This document shows positions 1 through 8,945 of a stretch of 64,000 nt of DNA, piece by piece. The DNA comes from a bacterium. GTDB lineage: Bacteria; Patescibacteriota; Minisyncoccia; Phycocordibacterales; Phycocordibacteraceae. The stretch is taken from the NCBI GenBank assembly GCA_021802705.1, contig JAJZRL010000002.1, positions 91,024 to 155,023 of the forward strand, in the 5' to 3' direction. A model generated the notes under the pieces. That model worked only from the letters and a program-made list of their open reading frames with translations, had not been told where the DNA came from and ran no database searches. Position numbers and translations under genes: made by a program. Within the stretch, counting starts at the first letter, position 1. Each line of letters opens with the position of its first letter.

Positions 1-1652
1 TGAGCAAGCATGTTCAACCGCGCTCCCCGCTCAAGCGTTTCCGTACGGTGTAGGATGTTCCCTTTCGCGAAAAACATGATGGCCTCGACAAGCTTGCCGG
101 CTTCGGAAACGAGAGTCACTTTCAGGTGTTCTTCTTTTTTCCCGAAACGGGAAATCTCATGGACGACACCGGCACGCAACAGGAACACCGGCTTCGGATT
201 TTCCCTGCCGAACGGCGCGAATTTTTCCACCATTTCTAAAAGCGGGAGCCCGACGGATTCCGTTTTGATTTCGGCATCCGCGGGCGGTACGAGACTGGCA
301 GCGGGCGAGGCCGTAGGCATGATGCGCGCATACGCTTCAACGAGACGGTCTTCGAAAAAGAAGACAGCGTCGTCGTGCACGGTGAAACCGCCGGCTGCAG
401 CATGGCCTCCGAATTCAGAGAAGGTGTTGTCCGTCGCGCGCATGAGCTCGAGCGCGTGCACGTTCCCGCTTCTCACGGAACCCTTGATGCGCAGGTTTCC
501 TTCACGACCCCACAAAAACACCGGCCGCCCGTACTCTTCGGCAATCGTATTTGCGACAAGGCCGAGAAGCGCGGGTCGCCACTCCGGATCGCCAAGCGCG
601 ATAACGCTTCGCAATTCTCCACGCTCCTTAAGCCGTCCATGTATCGTGCGCGTGATCGCTCCCGCCTCCGCTTTTCTCTGCCGGTTCGCCCTCTCAAGTT
701 TTTTTGCGAGCTCCCCCGCCTCATCCTCGTTATCGGTGGTAAAGAGGTCCAGTGCTGCGCGCGCGTCGCCCATCCGGCTCGCGGCGTTGACGCGCGGCGC
801 GAGCATGAAACCCACATCGTCTTCCGTAAGCGTCTGTTGCGCAAGCCGCATCTCACGGCACAATTTCTGCAAGCCGATGCGGCGTGATTTGCGCAAGACG
901 CGCATACCGTATGCAGCAAGCACGCGATTTTCTCCCGTGAGCGGAACGACGTCGGCGATCGTCGCAAGACCGACCATATCGAGAAGCCATTTTTCCCACC
1001 CCGTCGGGATGCGCGCGCGGATCGCCGGCTCCTCGCTGAGCGTTGCGCAGACGAGCTTCCATGCGACCGCCGCTCCGCACAAGCTCCGGAACGGATACGG
1101 CTCATCGGGTCGCGCGTTCGGGTTGACGATCGCGAAAGCGTCCGGCAGAACCGTTCCCGGGAGATGGTGATCGGTTACGATAGCGTCCATGCCGAGTTCG
1201 TTTGCACGCTTGATCGGTTCGGTATCCGTAATACCCGAGTCGACGGTAACGACAAGCCTCACGCCGTTTCGCGAAAGCTTTTCGATCCCGTCGATGTTCA
1301 TCCCGTACCCTTCATTGTGGCGATGCGGGATGTAATTCTCGAAATCCGCAGCTGTCTTTTTCAAGAAGTCATGCATGAGTACGCCGCCCGGTATTCCGTC
1401 GCAATCGTAATCGCTCCAGACCGCGATACGTTCTCCCGATAAAACCGCCTGGGCGAGACGTCGCGCCGCCTTCCGCATGTCCGTCATGAGGAGCGGGTCA
1501 TGAACGTGGCTGTCATACGACGGATTGAAGAACGTCTCGGCATCCTCTTCCGTTTTCATGCCGCGCCGAACAAGAAGCGCGGCGGTAAGGTCGTCATAGG
1601 GTGCGAGCGCGGCACGTGCCGCTTCGTCAAGCGGATCATGGAGCGGAAACAT
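1..1652 (-). CDS. recJ: ssDNA-specific exonuclease RecJ (3' end runs off window)
   Basis: Manual translation from ATG 1652: MFPLHDPLD...WSDYDCDG...HRHNEGYG...VTVDSG...VTDHH (DHH family motifs). Absent from the ORF track because its stop lies outside the window. Confidence 0.93.
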   Translation of the reverse strand, partial: MFPLHDPLDEAARAALAPYDDLTAALLVRRGMKTEEDAETFFNPSYDSHVHDPLLMTDMRKAARRLAQAVLSGERIAVWSDYDCDGIPGGVLMHDFLKKTAADFENYIPHRHNEGYGMNIDGIEKLSRNGVRLVVTVDSGITDTEPIKRANELGMDAIVTDHHLPGTVLPDAFAIVNPNARPDEPYPFRSLCGAAVAWKLVCATLSEEPAIRARIPTGWEKWLLDMVGLATIADVVPLTGENRVLAAYGMRVLRKSRRIGLQKLCREMRLAQQTLTEDDVGFMLAPRVNAASRMGDARAALDLFTTDNEDEAGELAKKLERANRQRKAEAGAITRTIHGRLKERGELRSVIALGDPEWRPALLGLVANTIAEEYGRPVFLWGREGNLRIKGSVRSGNVHALELMRATDNTFSEFGGHAAAGGFTVHDDAVFFFEDRLVEAYARIMPTASPAASLVPPADAEIKTESVGLPLLEMVEKFAPFGRENPKPVFLLRAGVVHEISRFGKKEEHLKVTLVSEAGKLVEAIMFFAKGNILHRTETLERGARLNMLA

Positions 1653-1677
1653 ATGAGCGTCATTGTATACTGCCATG

Positions 1678-2091
1678 ATGACGGAGGATACCGTTTTCAT
1701 GAAAATCATCCGGCGCGAGATCCCCGCTGATATCGTCTACGAAGACGCTTCGACGATCGCTTTCCTCGATATTCGCCCCAACAATCCGGGACATACGCTC
1801 GTCGTGCCGAAGACGTTCGCGCGAAACATTTTCGACATACGCGATGAAACGCTTGATGCGGTGATGCATACGGTGCGGCTCATCGCGCCGGCGGTTCGCA
1901 ACGCGGTTTCCGCCGATGGCATGACCATCATCATGAACAACGAGCCGGCATCAGGACAGATCGTTTTTCATGCGCACGTGCACCTTATCCCGCGGTTCTC
2001 CAATGACGGTTTCGGGCACTTGCCTCAGAAGCAGTATGTGCCGGGCGAGGCCGCTTCGATTGCGGAAAAGATCCGTCAAGCGCTCGCGTGA
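1678..2091 (+). CDS. HIT family hydrolase
   Basis: FMKIIRREIPADIVYED, PGHTLVVPK and the HAHVHLIPR histidine triad. Start is 1675 or 1678. Confidence 0.93.
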   Translation: MTEDTVFMKIIRREIPADIVYEDASTIAFLDIRPNNPGHTLVVPKTFARNIFDIRDETLDAVMHTVRLIAPAVRNAVSADGMTIIMNNEPASGQIVFHAHVHLIPRFSNDGFGHLPQKQYVPGEAASIAEKIRQALA

Positions 2092-3230
2092 ACATCGAGC
2101 GCTTCGATGCCGGGAAGCGTTCCGGCAGAGAGGAATTCGAGCATGGCGCCACCGCCGGTTGAAACGAAAGAGAAACGCGACAGGAGCCCGAGCCGCTCGA
2201 TCGAAGCGATGGTGTCTCCCCCTCCGATGATCGAACGGGCCGACGAATTTGCGATAGCGCGCGCACAGGCATCGGTCGTCCCGACGAAACCCTTTTCATA
2301 ATTTCCCAAAGGACCGTTCCAAAGAATCGATTTTGCCGGTTGCGCAAGCTCGTGTAAAAGCGCCTGCGTCGCCGGACCGTGATCGAGAACGATCTCGTCT
2401 TGCGCGATCTGTCCGATAGCGGCGACGTGCGCTTCCGCAGGTGTAACGGACTCGTTCGCCGGTGCGACGAACGAGTCCACAGGCAGCACGAGCTTCGGAT
2501 TGGCGAGAATCTTCTTTATCCGATCCGGATCGCTATCGGAGACGAGCGACTTCCCCACCTGCTTGCCATCCGCCTTGAAAAAATCGTTTGCGAGCGCGCC
2601 GCCGACAAAGACATGGTCATACGTGTCGAGCAGCGTCGTGAGCACTGCTTCTTTCGTGGAGAATTTCGCTCCGCCGATAACCGCGAGCGCCGGATGTTCC
2701 GGCGCGAGCGCTCCTTTAAGCGCGGCAATCTCGTCTTCAAGCAGGAGTCCGGCATAAGAAGGGAGCAGCGTCGGAACGCCGACTATCGAGGCGTGCCGGC
2801 GATGGCAGGTATCGAAAGAATCTTCGACGAAAACGTCGGCAAGCAACGCCAGCTCCTTGGCGAACGCGGGATCGTTTGCCCGTTCCCCCGCGTGCCGGCG
2901 CAGGTTTTCAAGAACGAGTATCTCGCCGCCCGCAAGATTGCGAATAGCGGCGCGAGCTCCGCTCCCGATAGTTTCATGGAAGAACGAAACGCGCGGGACA
3001 AGCGTCTCGAGCGCCCGTGCGACCGGCTCGAGGGTTTCGGTCCCCTTCTCTCCGATGTGGCTTATGAGCACGACCTTCGCACCGCGTTCGGCGAGAAAAC
3101 GGATTGTCGGTATCGCCCGCCGGAGCCGGTAATCGTTTGTGACACGGCCGTTTTCAAGGGGTACGTTCAGCGCGGCGCGAACGAGTATCGGTATATTTTC
3201 GAACAGAGGAATATCGCGGACGGTTCGCAT
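2076..3230 (-). CDS. pgk: phosphoglycerate kinase
   Basis: LENLR, IGGAK, WNGPLG, GGGDT and FVSTGGGAMLE motifs. Confidence 0.96.
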   Translation of the reverse strand: MRTVRDIPLFENIPILVRAALNVPLENGRVTNDYRLRRAIPTIRFLAERGAKVVLISHIGEKGTETLEPVARALETLVPRVSFFHETIGSGARAAIRNLAGGEILVLENLRRHAGERANDPAFAKELALLADVFVEDSFDTCHRRHASIVGVPTLLPSYAGLLLEDEIAALKGALAPEHPALAVIGGAKFSTKEAVLTTLLDTYDHVFVGGALANDFFKADGKQVGKSLVSDSDPDRIKKILANPKLVLPVDSFVAPANESVTPAEAHVAAIGQIAQDEIVLDHGPATQALLHELAQPAKSILWNGPLGNYEKGFVGTTDACARAIANSSARSIIGGGDTIASIERLGLLSRFSFVSTGGGAMLEFLSAGTLPGIEALDVHASA

Positions 3231-3231
3231 C

Positions 3232-3975
3232 TTAAGCGAGTTGTTTTACAAGGAGCGCGAATAAACGAGGGTCGACCGACGCGTGGCCCACGAGAAAACC
3301 GTCAATGCCCGCGAGCTCGGCGAGCGCGCGGACATTGTCCGGCTCGACGGATCCGCCGTAGAGCACAGGGATCCGCGCGGAACTTTTCCCCGAGAAAATC
3401 TCCGCAAGCACTTTCTTTATATAGAGCGTCATCTCCGCAAGATCGTCGGCTGCTATGGCTTCGGATGCCGTTTTTCCGATCGCCCACAGGGGTTCGTATG
3501 CGAGTACGATTTTCCCGCGTTCTCTCGGCGTAAGCGGGGAGATGGCCGTCGTGAGTTCTTCGCGTATAAAAGACAGGTATCGTCCGTCAGTGTCGCGCGA
3601 GTGCTCGCCGATGCACAAGACGGGCGTCAGCCCGTGCGCAAGCGCGTGCCGAAGCTTTTCGGAAACGAGAGTATCGGTATCGCCCCGCGCGCGACGTTCC
3701 GAGTGCCCGACTATGGCGTAGGTCGCTCCGGCGGCCGCATACGTTTGAGCCGTTATTTCACCGGTCTCTGCGCCACCGGTCGTCGCAGAGATATCTTGCG
3801 CACCGAATGCGACGGAAGAAGCGTTCTTTGCCGCAAGGATGCCGAGAAGCGGAGCCGGAGGCGCAAGCACGATACCATTGCCGGTGTCTTTTGCGAGTTT
3901 TTTGCTGACTGTGAAAAGCTCCTTCGCTTTGCCGATGTCCTCAACGTACGCCTTCCAGTTCGCGATGATGATCAT
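3232..3975 (-). CDS. tpiA: triosephosphate isomerase
   Basis: ANWK, GHSERR, AYEPLWAIG and LYGGSV motifs. Confidence 0.96.
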   Translation of the reverse strand: MIIIANWKAYVEDIGKAKELFTVSKKLAKDTGNGIVLAPPAPLLGILAAKNASSVAFGAQDISATTGGAETGEITAQTYAAAGATYAIVGHSERRARGDTDTLVSEKLRHALAHGLTPVLCIGEHSRDTDGRYLSFIREELTTAISPLTPRERGKIVLAYEPLWAIGKTASEAIAADDLAEMTLYIKKVLAEIFSGKSSARIPVLYGGSVEPDNVRALAELAGIDGFLVGHASVDPRLFALLVKQLA

Positions 3976-4012
3976 GATGAAAGGATATCATGCACTGTCT
4001 CCGATAAGCCGC

Positions 4013-5446
4013 TCATTCTTGTCGCCAATCGACAAATTGCCACTGTGTCGACGTAACAGGCGTGAAGGGAGGCGGATCGTTCGAAAGCGCCCTGTCGAAC
4101 GAGTCGACGCGCGTCTGGTACCCTGCATTGACGCCGGAACCGCAGCCGTTTATCCAGCTCGTACCGGTCCGCAGGTTTGAGACCGTCGTCCCGAGGATGG
4201 TAAGGGTGCCGCGAGGCTCGTAGAGACCGTCGCAGCCGCCGCTCGGATAATAGTAATAGTTTCGTCCGAATGCGCCGCCTTGCGCGATGAAGATGCCGTC
4301 AAGCGTCATGTTTTGCGGAGAATCAGGAGCTATGAGGATGTCGTGCCCGCTTATGATCGTGAGACCGGCCGAACCGTCGGTCGTCGTATACGTGATGTTC
4401 CCGTGGAGAACGACATCGGGCGTTACGCCCGGCGTCGTAACGTTTGCGACCACGAGCGTAACCTTGGAAGGTATCGTTCCTTCGACCCACGTGTTGTCTT
4501 CGACGAAAATGAGCCCGCAGTTCGCAGGAATGGTGTAGGTCTTATACGCCGCTTCGTTCCCGATGAGCGTGTAATCGTTCGTGAAGCCGGACGATCCGTC
4601 AACCGGATAAACGTTCGAAAGCGTCGTAACGTTAGACACTTCTCGCACGGTGAGCGTGCCGTCGGCATTGAAGATGAGGTGATAGCCCTTATGGTAGGCC
4701 GCGCTGCGGCTATTACCGGAACTGTAGCGCGGCAGGTAGATCCCGCTTGTTTGAGCGGTGGCTTTTAGCGAGGAGAAGTTCGCGGCAATACCGGCGAAGT
4801 CCATTTGCGGCGTCGGATAACTCCACAGGCCTTGGTTGCCTCCGGATCCGAAAACGCCGGGCTCCGTTGCGCTTGGAGAGCAGCCAAACGAGGAGTCGCA
4901 CGTCCAGCTTGAAAGCGAGCTCGTAACCGGCGCATTGGATGTCCCGTCCATACGGATGCCGCCGTTGCTGTGGTACGGCCCGTTAATGATACGGTCGGAA
5001 CCCGCCCATACGCTGCTATTGACGATATAAGAATATGCCGCGACAGACGGTTCCGCGAAGCGTCCGTCAAGCGTTACGCTCACGCCGGGAGCGTCGGATG
5101 GGGTCCCCTTGCTCGCGACATCCATGGACTGCACTTGCCCGCACGCGGTATTTCCCGTGATGGAGAGCGTATAGCTTCCAGCGACCCCTCCTTCGGGATC
5201 GGCATATGTTTCCGTAAACGGTCCTGGCTGTCCCGTGCCGTTTGTCGTGTCGCCGGGAAAATGAGAAAGGAACCAGCGGTAATACTCGAGCCCGGCCTCG
5301 GCGATATTGAACGCTTCGGCTCGCGCGCGGCTTATGTCTTGCGCGCGGTTCTCGACGATCACGAAACTGGAAAGCGCCGCGAGGATGGCGAGAAATATCC
5401 CGCCAAAGACAAGCACGAGCAGCATGACCGATCCTTTTGATTTCAT
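4013..5446 (-). CDS. PilX-like minor pilin / large pilus-tip protein
   Basis: KG|S then a hydrophobic helix without E5, followed by AFNIAEAGLE. Last gene of the pil cluster. Beta-rich C-terminus. Confidence 0.75.
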   Translation of the reverse strand: MKSKGSVMLLVLVFGGIFLAILAALSSFVIVENRAQDISRARAEAFNIAEAGLEYYRWFLSHFPGDTTNGTGQPGPFTETYADPEGGVAGSYTLSITGNTACGQVQSMDVASKGTPSDAPGVSVTLDGRFAEPSVAAYSYIVNSSVWAGSDRIINGPYHSNGGIRMDGTSNAPVTSSLSSWTCDSSFGCSPSATEPGVFGSGGNQGLWSYPTPQMDFAGIAANFSSLKATAQTSGIYLPRYSSGNSRSAAYHKGYHLIFNADGTLTVREVSNVTTLSNVYPVDGSSGFTNDYTLIGNEAAYKTYTIPANCGLIFVEDNTWVEGTIPSKVTLVVANVTTPGVTPDVVLHGNITYTTTDGSAGLTIISGHDILIAPDSPQNMTLDGIFIAQGGAFGRNYYYYPSGGCDGLYEPRGTLTILGTTVSNLRTGTSWINGCGSGVNAGYQTRVDSFDRALSNDPPPFTPVTSTQWQFVDWRQE

Positions 5447-6033
5447 GGTTGTTCCCGAAGGTTGCGCAACGTCGCCCCTCCTGAGAGAGTATAGGCGACC
5501 GGCGCGCGATTGACGTCGACGTCAACCACGATCGTCGTTTCCACCGAGGCGACCTGCACGAGATTGACCGGAGGGAAAAGCTCATTGCCGGAGTGATCGA
5601 AATATCGGAACACCGGTGTCGACGTCCCGTTCGTGACCGATGTCGCGATTGTCGTCGTCGCAAGCGCGGCGTTGACGTACGAGAGCGGGTTTCCGGACGG
5701 TTCCGCGACGATACGGTAGAACGTGTTTCCCTCAAGCGCATACGTAATCCGCTCGACGATCCCCGTATTGTGCATGTCTGCGAAAAACGTGACCGACGAG
5801 GTCGCCGCGTTTTCAAGCGGGAAAGAACCGTCGCTTCCGTACGACGCTTCGCGCAGGTACGTCATGGCGTCTTCGACTCCGGTCCGCGCCTGCTGCACCG
5901 CGATGGATTGTTCGAGCGTAAACGCGTTCGTTCTGTAGAAATAGACGAGCAGCATGCCGAGCACTCCCATGATAAGCGCGGTCAACCCGACGGCGACGAT
6001 AGTCTCTATGAGGGTAAAAGCGCGTTGCATCAT
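5443..6033 (-). CDS. type IV minor pilin (PilW/PulJ-like)
   Basis: MMQRA|FTLIETIVAV prepilin motif. ATGA overlap with the upstream gene places the start at 6033, not the 6396 given in the ORF track. Confidence 0.85.
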   Translation of the reverse strand: MMQRAFTLIETIVAVGLTALIMGVLGMLLVYFYRTNAFTLEQSIAVQQARTGVEDAMTYLREASYGSDGSFPLENAATSSVTFFADMHNTGIVERITYALEGNTFYRIVAEPSGNPLSYVNAALATTTIATSVTNGTSTPVFRYFDHSGNELFPPVNLVQVASVETTIVVDVDVNRAPVAYTLSGGATLRNLREQP

Positions 6034-7733
6034 GGCAGAACGAGGGTTTGCGTCGGCGTCACGCCGGATACGTTGATCCCCGGGAATGTCGTCGTCGCAT
6101 GCCCCGGGGCCGACACGGTCGCGGCATAGCTGCCGGCGGCAAGACCGCCGAAGTAAGCGAGGCCGCAGGCAGAGGCGGGGATGGTCGCAGCGTAGTTGGG
6201 CGACGTCAACACCACGGTCGCGTAAGGGACCGTGGTGCTTGACGTCGTCTCGATAAGGAGCGGGAGCGTATTCGTCGTCGGAGTGCCGACGATGAGATCC
6301 GTCGTCGTCGCTTCGCCCGGAGAGAGCGCATAAGGGCTTGCGGGGCAGCTCTCGAAGAGCGTACCGCTCCCGAGAGAAAGCGTATACGCGTCCCACTCGA
6401 GCGATTCGGTCACGGTCGAAGCGCTTCCGGTCGTGTCGGTAAGGGTCGTCTTATAGATCGGCGTTCCGCTGCTGTCGGTCCCGATCGTCTTTGTTCCGGT
6501 GAGCGTGAAGCCGACATCGGGTAGCGGCGCGGGTCCTTCGGTGTAAGAGAGCGACCAGTCAAGCACGGAGGAGGTTGTCGTGGTCGAATCGCTAAGGAGA
6601 TCGGCTTCAAGCGACAAGGTCGGATATGTCGACGTCGCGATGCCGGTAAGCGAGATCGGAAATACCGAGAAGCCCGTGCCGTTCCCCGGGAGTACCGAAT
6701 CCGGAAGAGGATTGCCGGAAGCGTCATCGACGCGTATGGAAGCTCTCGTGCCGACCGGTGTCGTGATATCCGCCGAAAGGAGACCCCATCCGTCAAGGCG
6801 CGACGGCGTGATAGGGATAGAGCGCGCGGATCCTGAGAGCGCCTGGTTCGCAAGCATGAGTACGCCGGCTGCGACCTGCGTATCCGTTTGAACAGCGAGA
6901 CCGGAAGCGTCCGCGAACGAATCGGCAAACGCGGTTGTCGTCGCGGGCGAAAAGCTCGACAGCGCAAGCGAGGCGAGCAGATCGATCGCGAAGGTGACAT
7001 TCGTCGTCTGATCGTTCACGACGGTGAGGTAGCCGGGGTTCGGATTTGCGTTCTGGCTTGTCCGTGCGTAGGTTTGCGCGCTTGAGTATCCCGATTTTGA
7101 CACATATACCTGGTACGCCGAGGAGGTGGCAGCGCCGCCGATGACGGCATAGCCGTCAAGATTCGTGAAGGTCGTGAAATCGACCGTCGGCGATATCGAA
7201 TCGTTGACGATATGCACGCTCGCGCTGTTCACGCCGACGCCGGTTGCGTCCACGACGTGTATCGAGAGCGTCCCGCCGCCGGTTGAGGACTCTATCCCGG
7301 GCGGAGCGAAATTCGAGACGAGCGATACCGATTTTGCGACGCCGCTCATGGAATATGACACCGTCACCTTCCCTATCTTGTAATCGGTCGTTACGTTATT
7401 CCTGTCTTGTGCACCAAGACCGTCGGCAGGATCGTCATAGTATTCGATGAAAGTGCGCGTTACGTACGTGACGCCGTCGACCGTACTCGTCGCGTATTGC
7501 GGGACGTTGCCGCTCGGGATGCCGCCGATCGTCCCGATCGAATCGTATGAAAGGCCGCGCAGATACTCCATCTGCGTCGTTGCGAGCTCGACGGCTGCCG
7601 CTTTCGCTTTCGCGAGAGACGAAAGCATGAGGGAGGCGCGCAGGAGGCCGAAGAGCGCGAGGAACACGACAAGCATGAGCGCCGTACCGACGATGACGTC
7701 TATGAGACTGAACCCCCGACGGACACGCATCAT
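6030..7733 (-). CDS. large prepilin-type protein with beta-sandwich / carboxypeptidase-regulatory-like domains
   Basis: RRG|FSLIDVIVG prepilin motif (D at +5). GTLSIHVVDATG...YQVYVSKSGYSS resembles a carboxypeptidase regulatory-like domain. Thr/Ser-rich. Confidence 0.8.
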   Translation of the reverse strand: MMRVRRGFSLIDVIVGTALMLVVFLALFGLLRASLMLSSLAKAKAAAVELATTQMEYLRGLSYDSIGTIGGIPSGNVPQYATSTVDGVTYVTRTFIEYYDDPADGLGAQDRNNVTTDYKIGKVTVSYSMSGVAKSVSLVSNFAPPGIESSTGGGTLSIHVVDATGVGVNSASVHIVNDSISPTVDFTTFTNLDGYAVIGGAATSSAYQVYVSKSGYSSAQTYARTSQNANPNPGYLTVVNDQTTNVTFAIDLLASLALSSFSPATTTAFADSFADASGLAVQTDTQVAAGVLMLANQALSGSARSIPITPSRLDGWGLLSADITTPVGTRASIRVDDASGNPLPDSVLPGNGTGFSVFPISLTGIATSTYPTLSLEADLLSDSTTTTSSVLDWSLSYTEGPAPLPDVGFTLTGTKTIGTDSSGTPIYKTTLTDTTGSASTVTESLEWDAYTLSLGSGTLFESCPASPYALSPGEATTTDLIVGTPTTNTLPLLIETTSSTTVPYATVVLTSPNYAATIPASACGLAYFGGLAAGSYAATVSAPGHATTTFPGINVSGVTPTQTLVLP

Positions 7734-8944
7734 AGCGCCGATGAGAGCGAATAAATAGGCGCGATCATCGAAACCGCGAAGATGCCGACGACCGTTCCGA
7801 TGACGAGCATGAGGACCGGTTCAATGATGGTAGAGAGGTCTTTGGTTTTTTCGGCGACATCCGTTTCGTAAAACTCGGCGATCTGCTGCAGCATCGCGAC
7901 AGCGTTGCCGGTCTCCTCGCCTACGGCGAGCATGTCGCTCATCAGTATAGGGTAGAGGTTCGGATGTTCGGCAAACGCGGTCGAGAGCGGATCGCCTTTC
8001 TTGACGTCCGCGACCGCCTCGTCTATGACGCGCGTGAATATCGCCGCGTACACGACATCTTTCGTGATAGCAAGCGCCTCGAGCACCGGTACCCCGGAAG
8101 AGAGGAGGGACGACAGCGTGCGCGCCGTGCGGGCCGCGTAGGTCTCGCGCACGAGTTCGCCGATCACCGGCGTTTTGAGCGCGAGCCATAACACGACGGT
8201 GCTTCCGCGCTCAGACCGGACGAATACCGTGCCGCCCACGACGATTGTCACGATCGACGCGAGAACGAGCGCGACATTGCCCACCATGAAGTCGGAGATG
8301 GCGACGATGATGCGCGTCGCGAGCGGTATCTGCACGTGCAGCTCGACAAAGGTCTTCGTAAGCGTCGGCACGACGAACATGAGCATCAGGATGCCGACGA
8401 TGACGATCGCCGTGAGCACGATCGCCGGATAGATCATCGCGCCCCGTATCTTACGGATCAGTTCCTCCGAGCGTTCCATCTGGAGACCGACGGTATTGAG
8501 GGCGTTCGCGAGCGAACCGGACTCCTCCCCCGCTTTTGTCATCGCGACGAATATCTTCGGGAATATCCGCGGGTACGCCGCAAGCGCCTCGTTAAACGAA
8601 GACCCCTTTTTAATCGACTCGGAAAGCCCGGAAAAAACAGTTTTGAGATGCTTGTTGCTCGATTGCCGTTCTATAACGGAGAGCGCGCGCGAAAGAGAAA
8701 GCCCCGCATTCAGCATGGCAGAGAGATTCTTCGCCATACGGACTATTTCCATGCGCTTGACGCCCGTGCCGATCGAAAGCGACAGCCATGCCGGAAGAGA
8801 AAAGCCCTTCCCCGCCTCTTCGAGCTCGACGACAAAGCCGCCTTCTTTCTGCACCTGGTCGTAGACGGCGAATCGCGACGGGGCCTCGATGATGACGATC
8901 TGATCCGATGCTCCTGTTTTTCGTACGGTAGCGCGGAATTTCAT
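7730..8944 (-). CDS. pilC: type IV pilus platform protein (T2SS F family)
   Basis: AGEESGSL, AMIYP, VGEETG and IIEPVLM motifs; TM helices. Confidence 0.93.
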   Translation of the reverse strand: MKFRATVRKTGASDQIVIIEAPSRFAVYDQVQKEGGFVVELEEAGKGFSLPAWLSLSIGTGVKRMEIVRMAKNLSAMLNAGLSLSRALSVIERQSSNKHLKTVFSGLSESIKKGSSFNEALAAYPRIFPKIFVAMTKAGEESGSLANALNTVGLQMERSEELIRKIRGAMIYPAIVLTAIVIVGILMLMFVVPTLTKTFVELHVQIPLATRIIVAISDFMVGNVALVLASIVTIVVGGTVFVRSERGSTVVLWLALKTPVIGELVRETYAARTARTLSSLLSSGVPVLEALAITKDVVYAAIFTRVIDEAVADVKKGDPLSTAFAEHPNLYPILMSDMLAVGEETGNAVAMLQQIAEFYETDVAEKTKDLSTIIEPVLMLVIGTVVGIFAVSMIAPIYSLSSAL

Positions 8945-8945
8945 G

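Noticed and set aside
10-1170. Long antisense or alternate-frame ORFs in the track (e.g. 10-1170+, 2379-3533+, 13911-15308-, 30160-31638-, 44411-45643-, 50623-51954-)
   Set aside because: They are shadow ORFs overlapping well-supported genes and have no recognisable motifs, as expected in GC-rich DNA.
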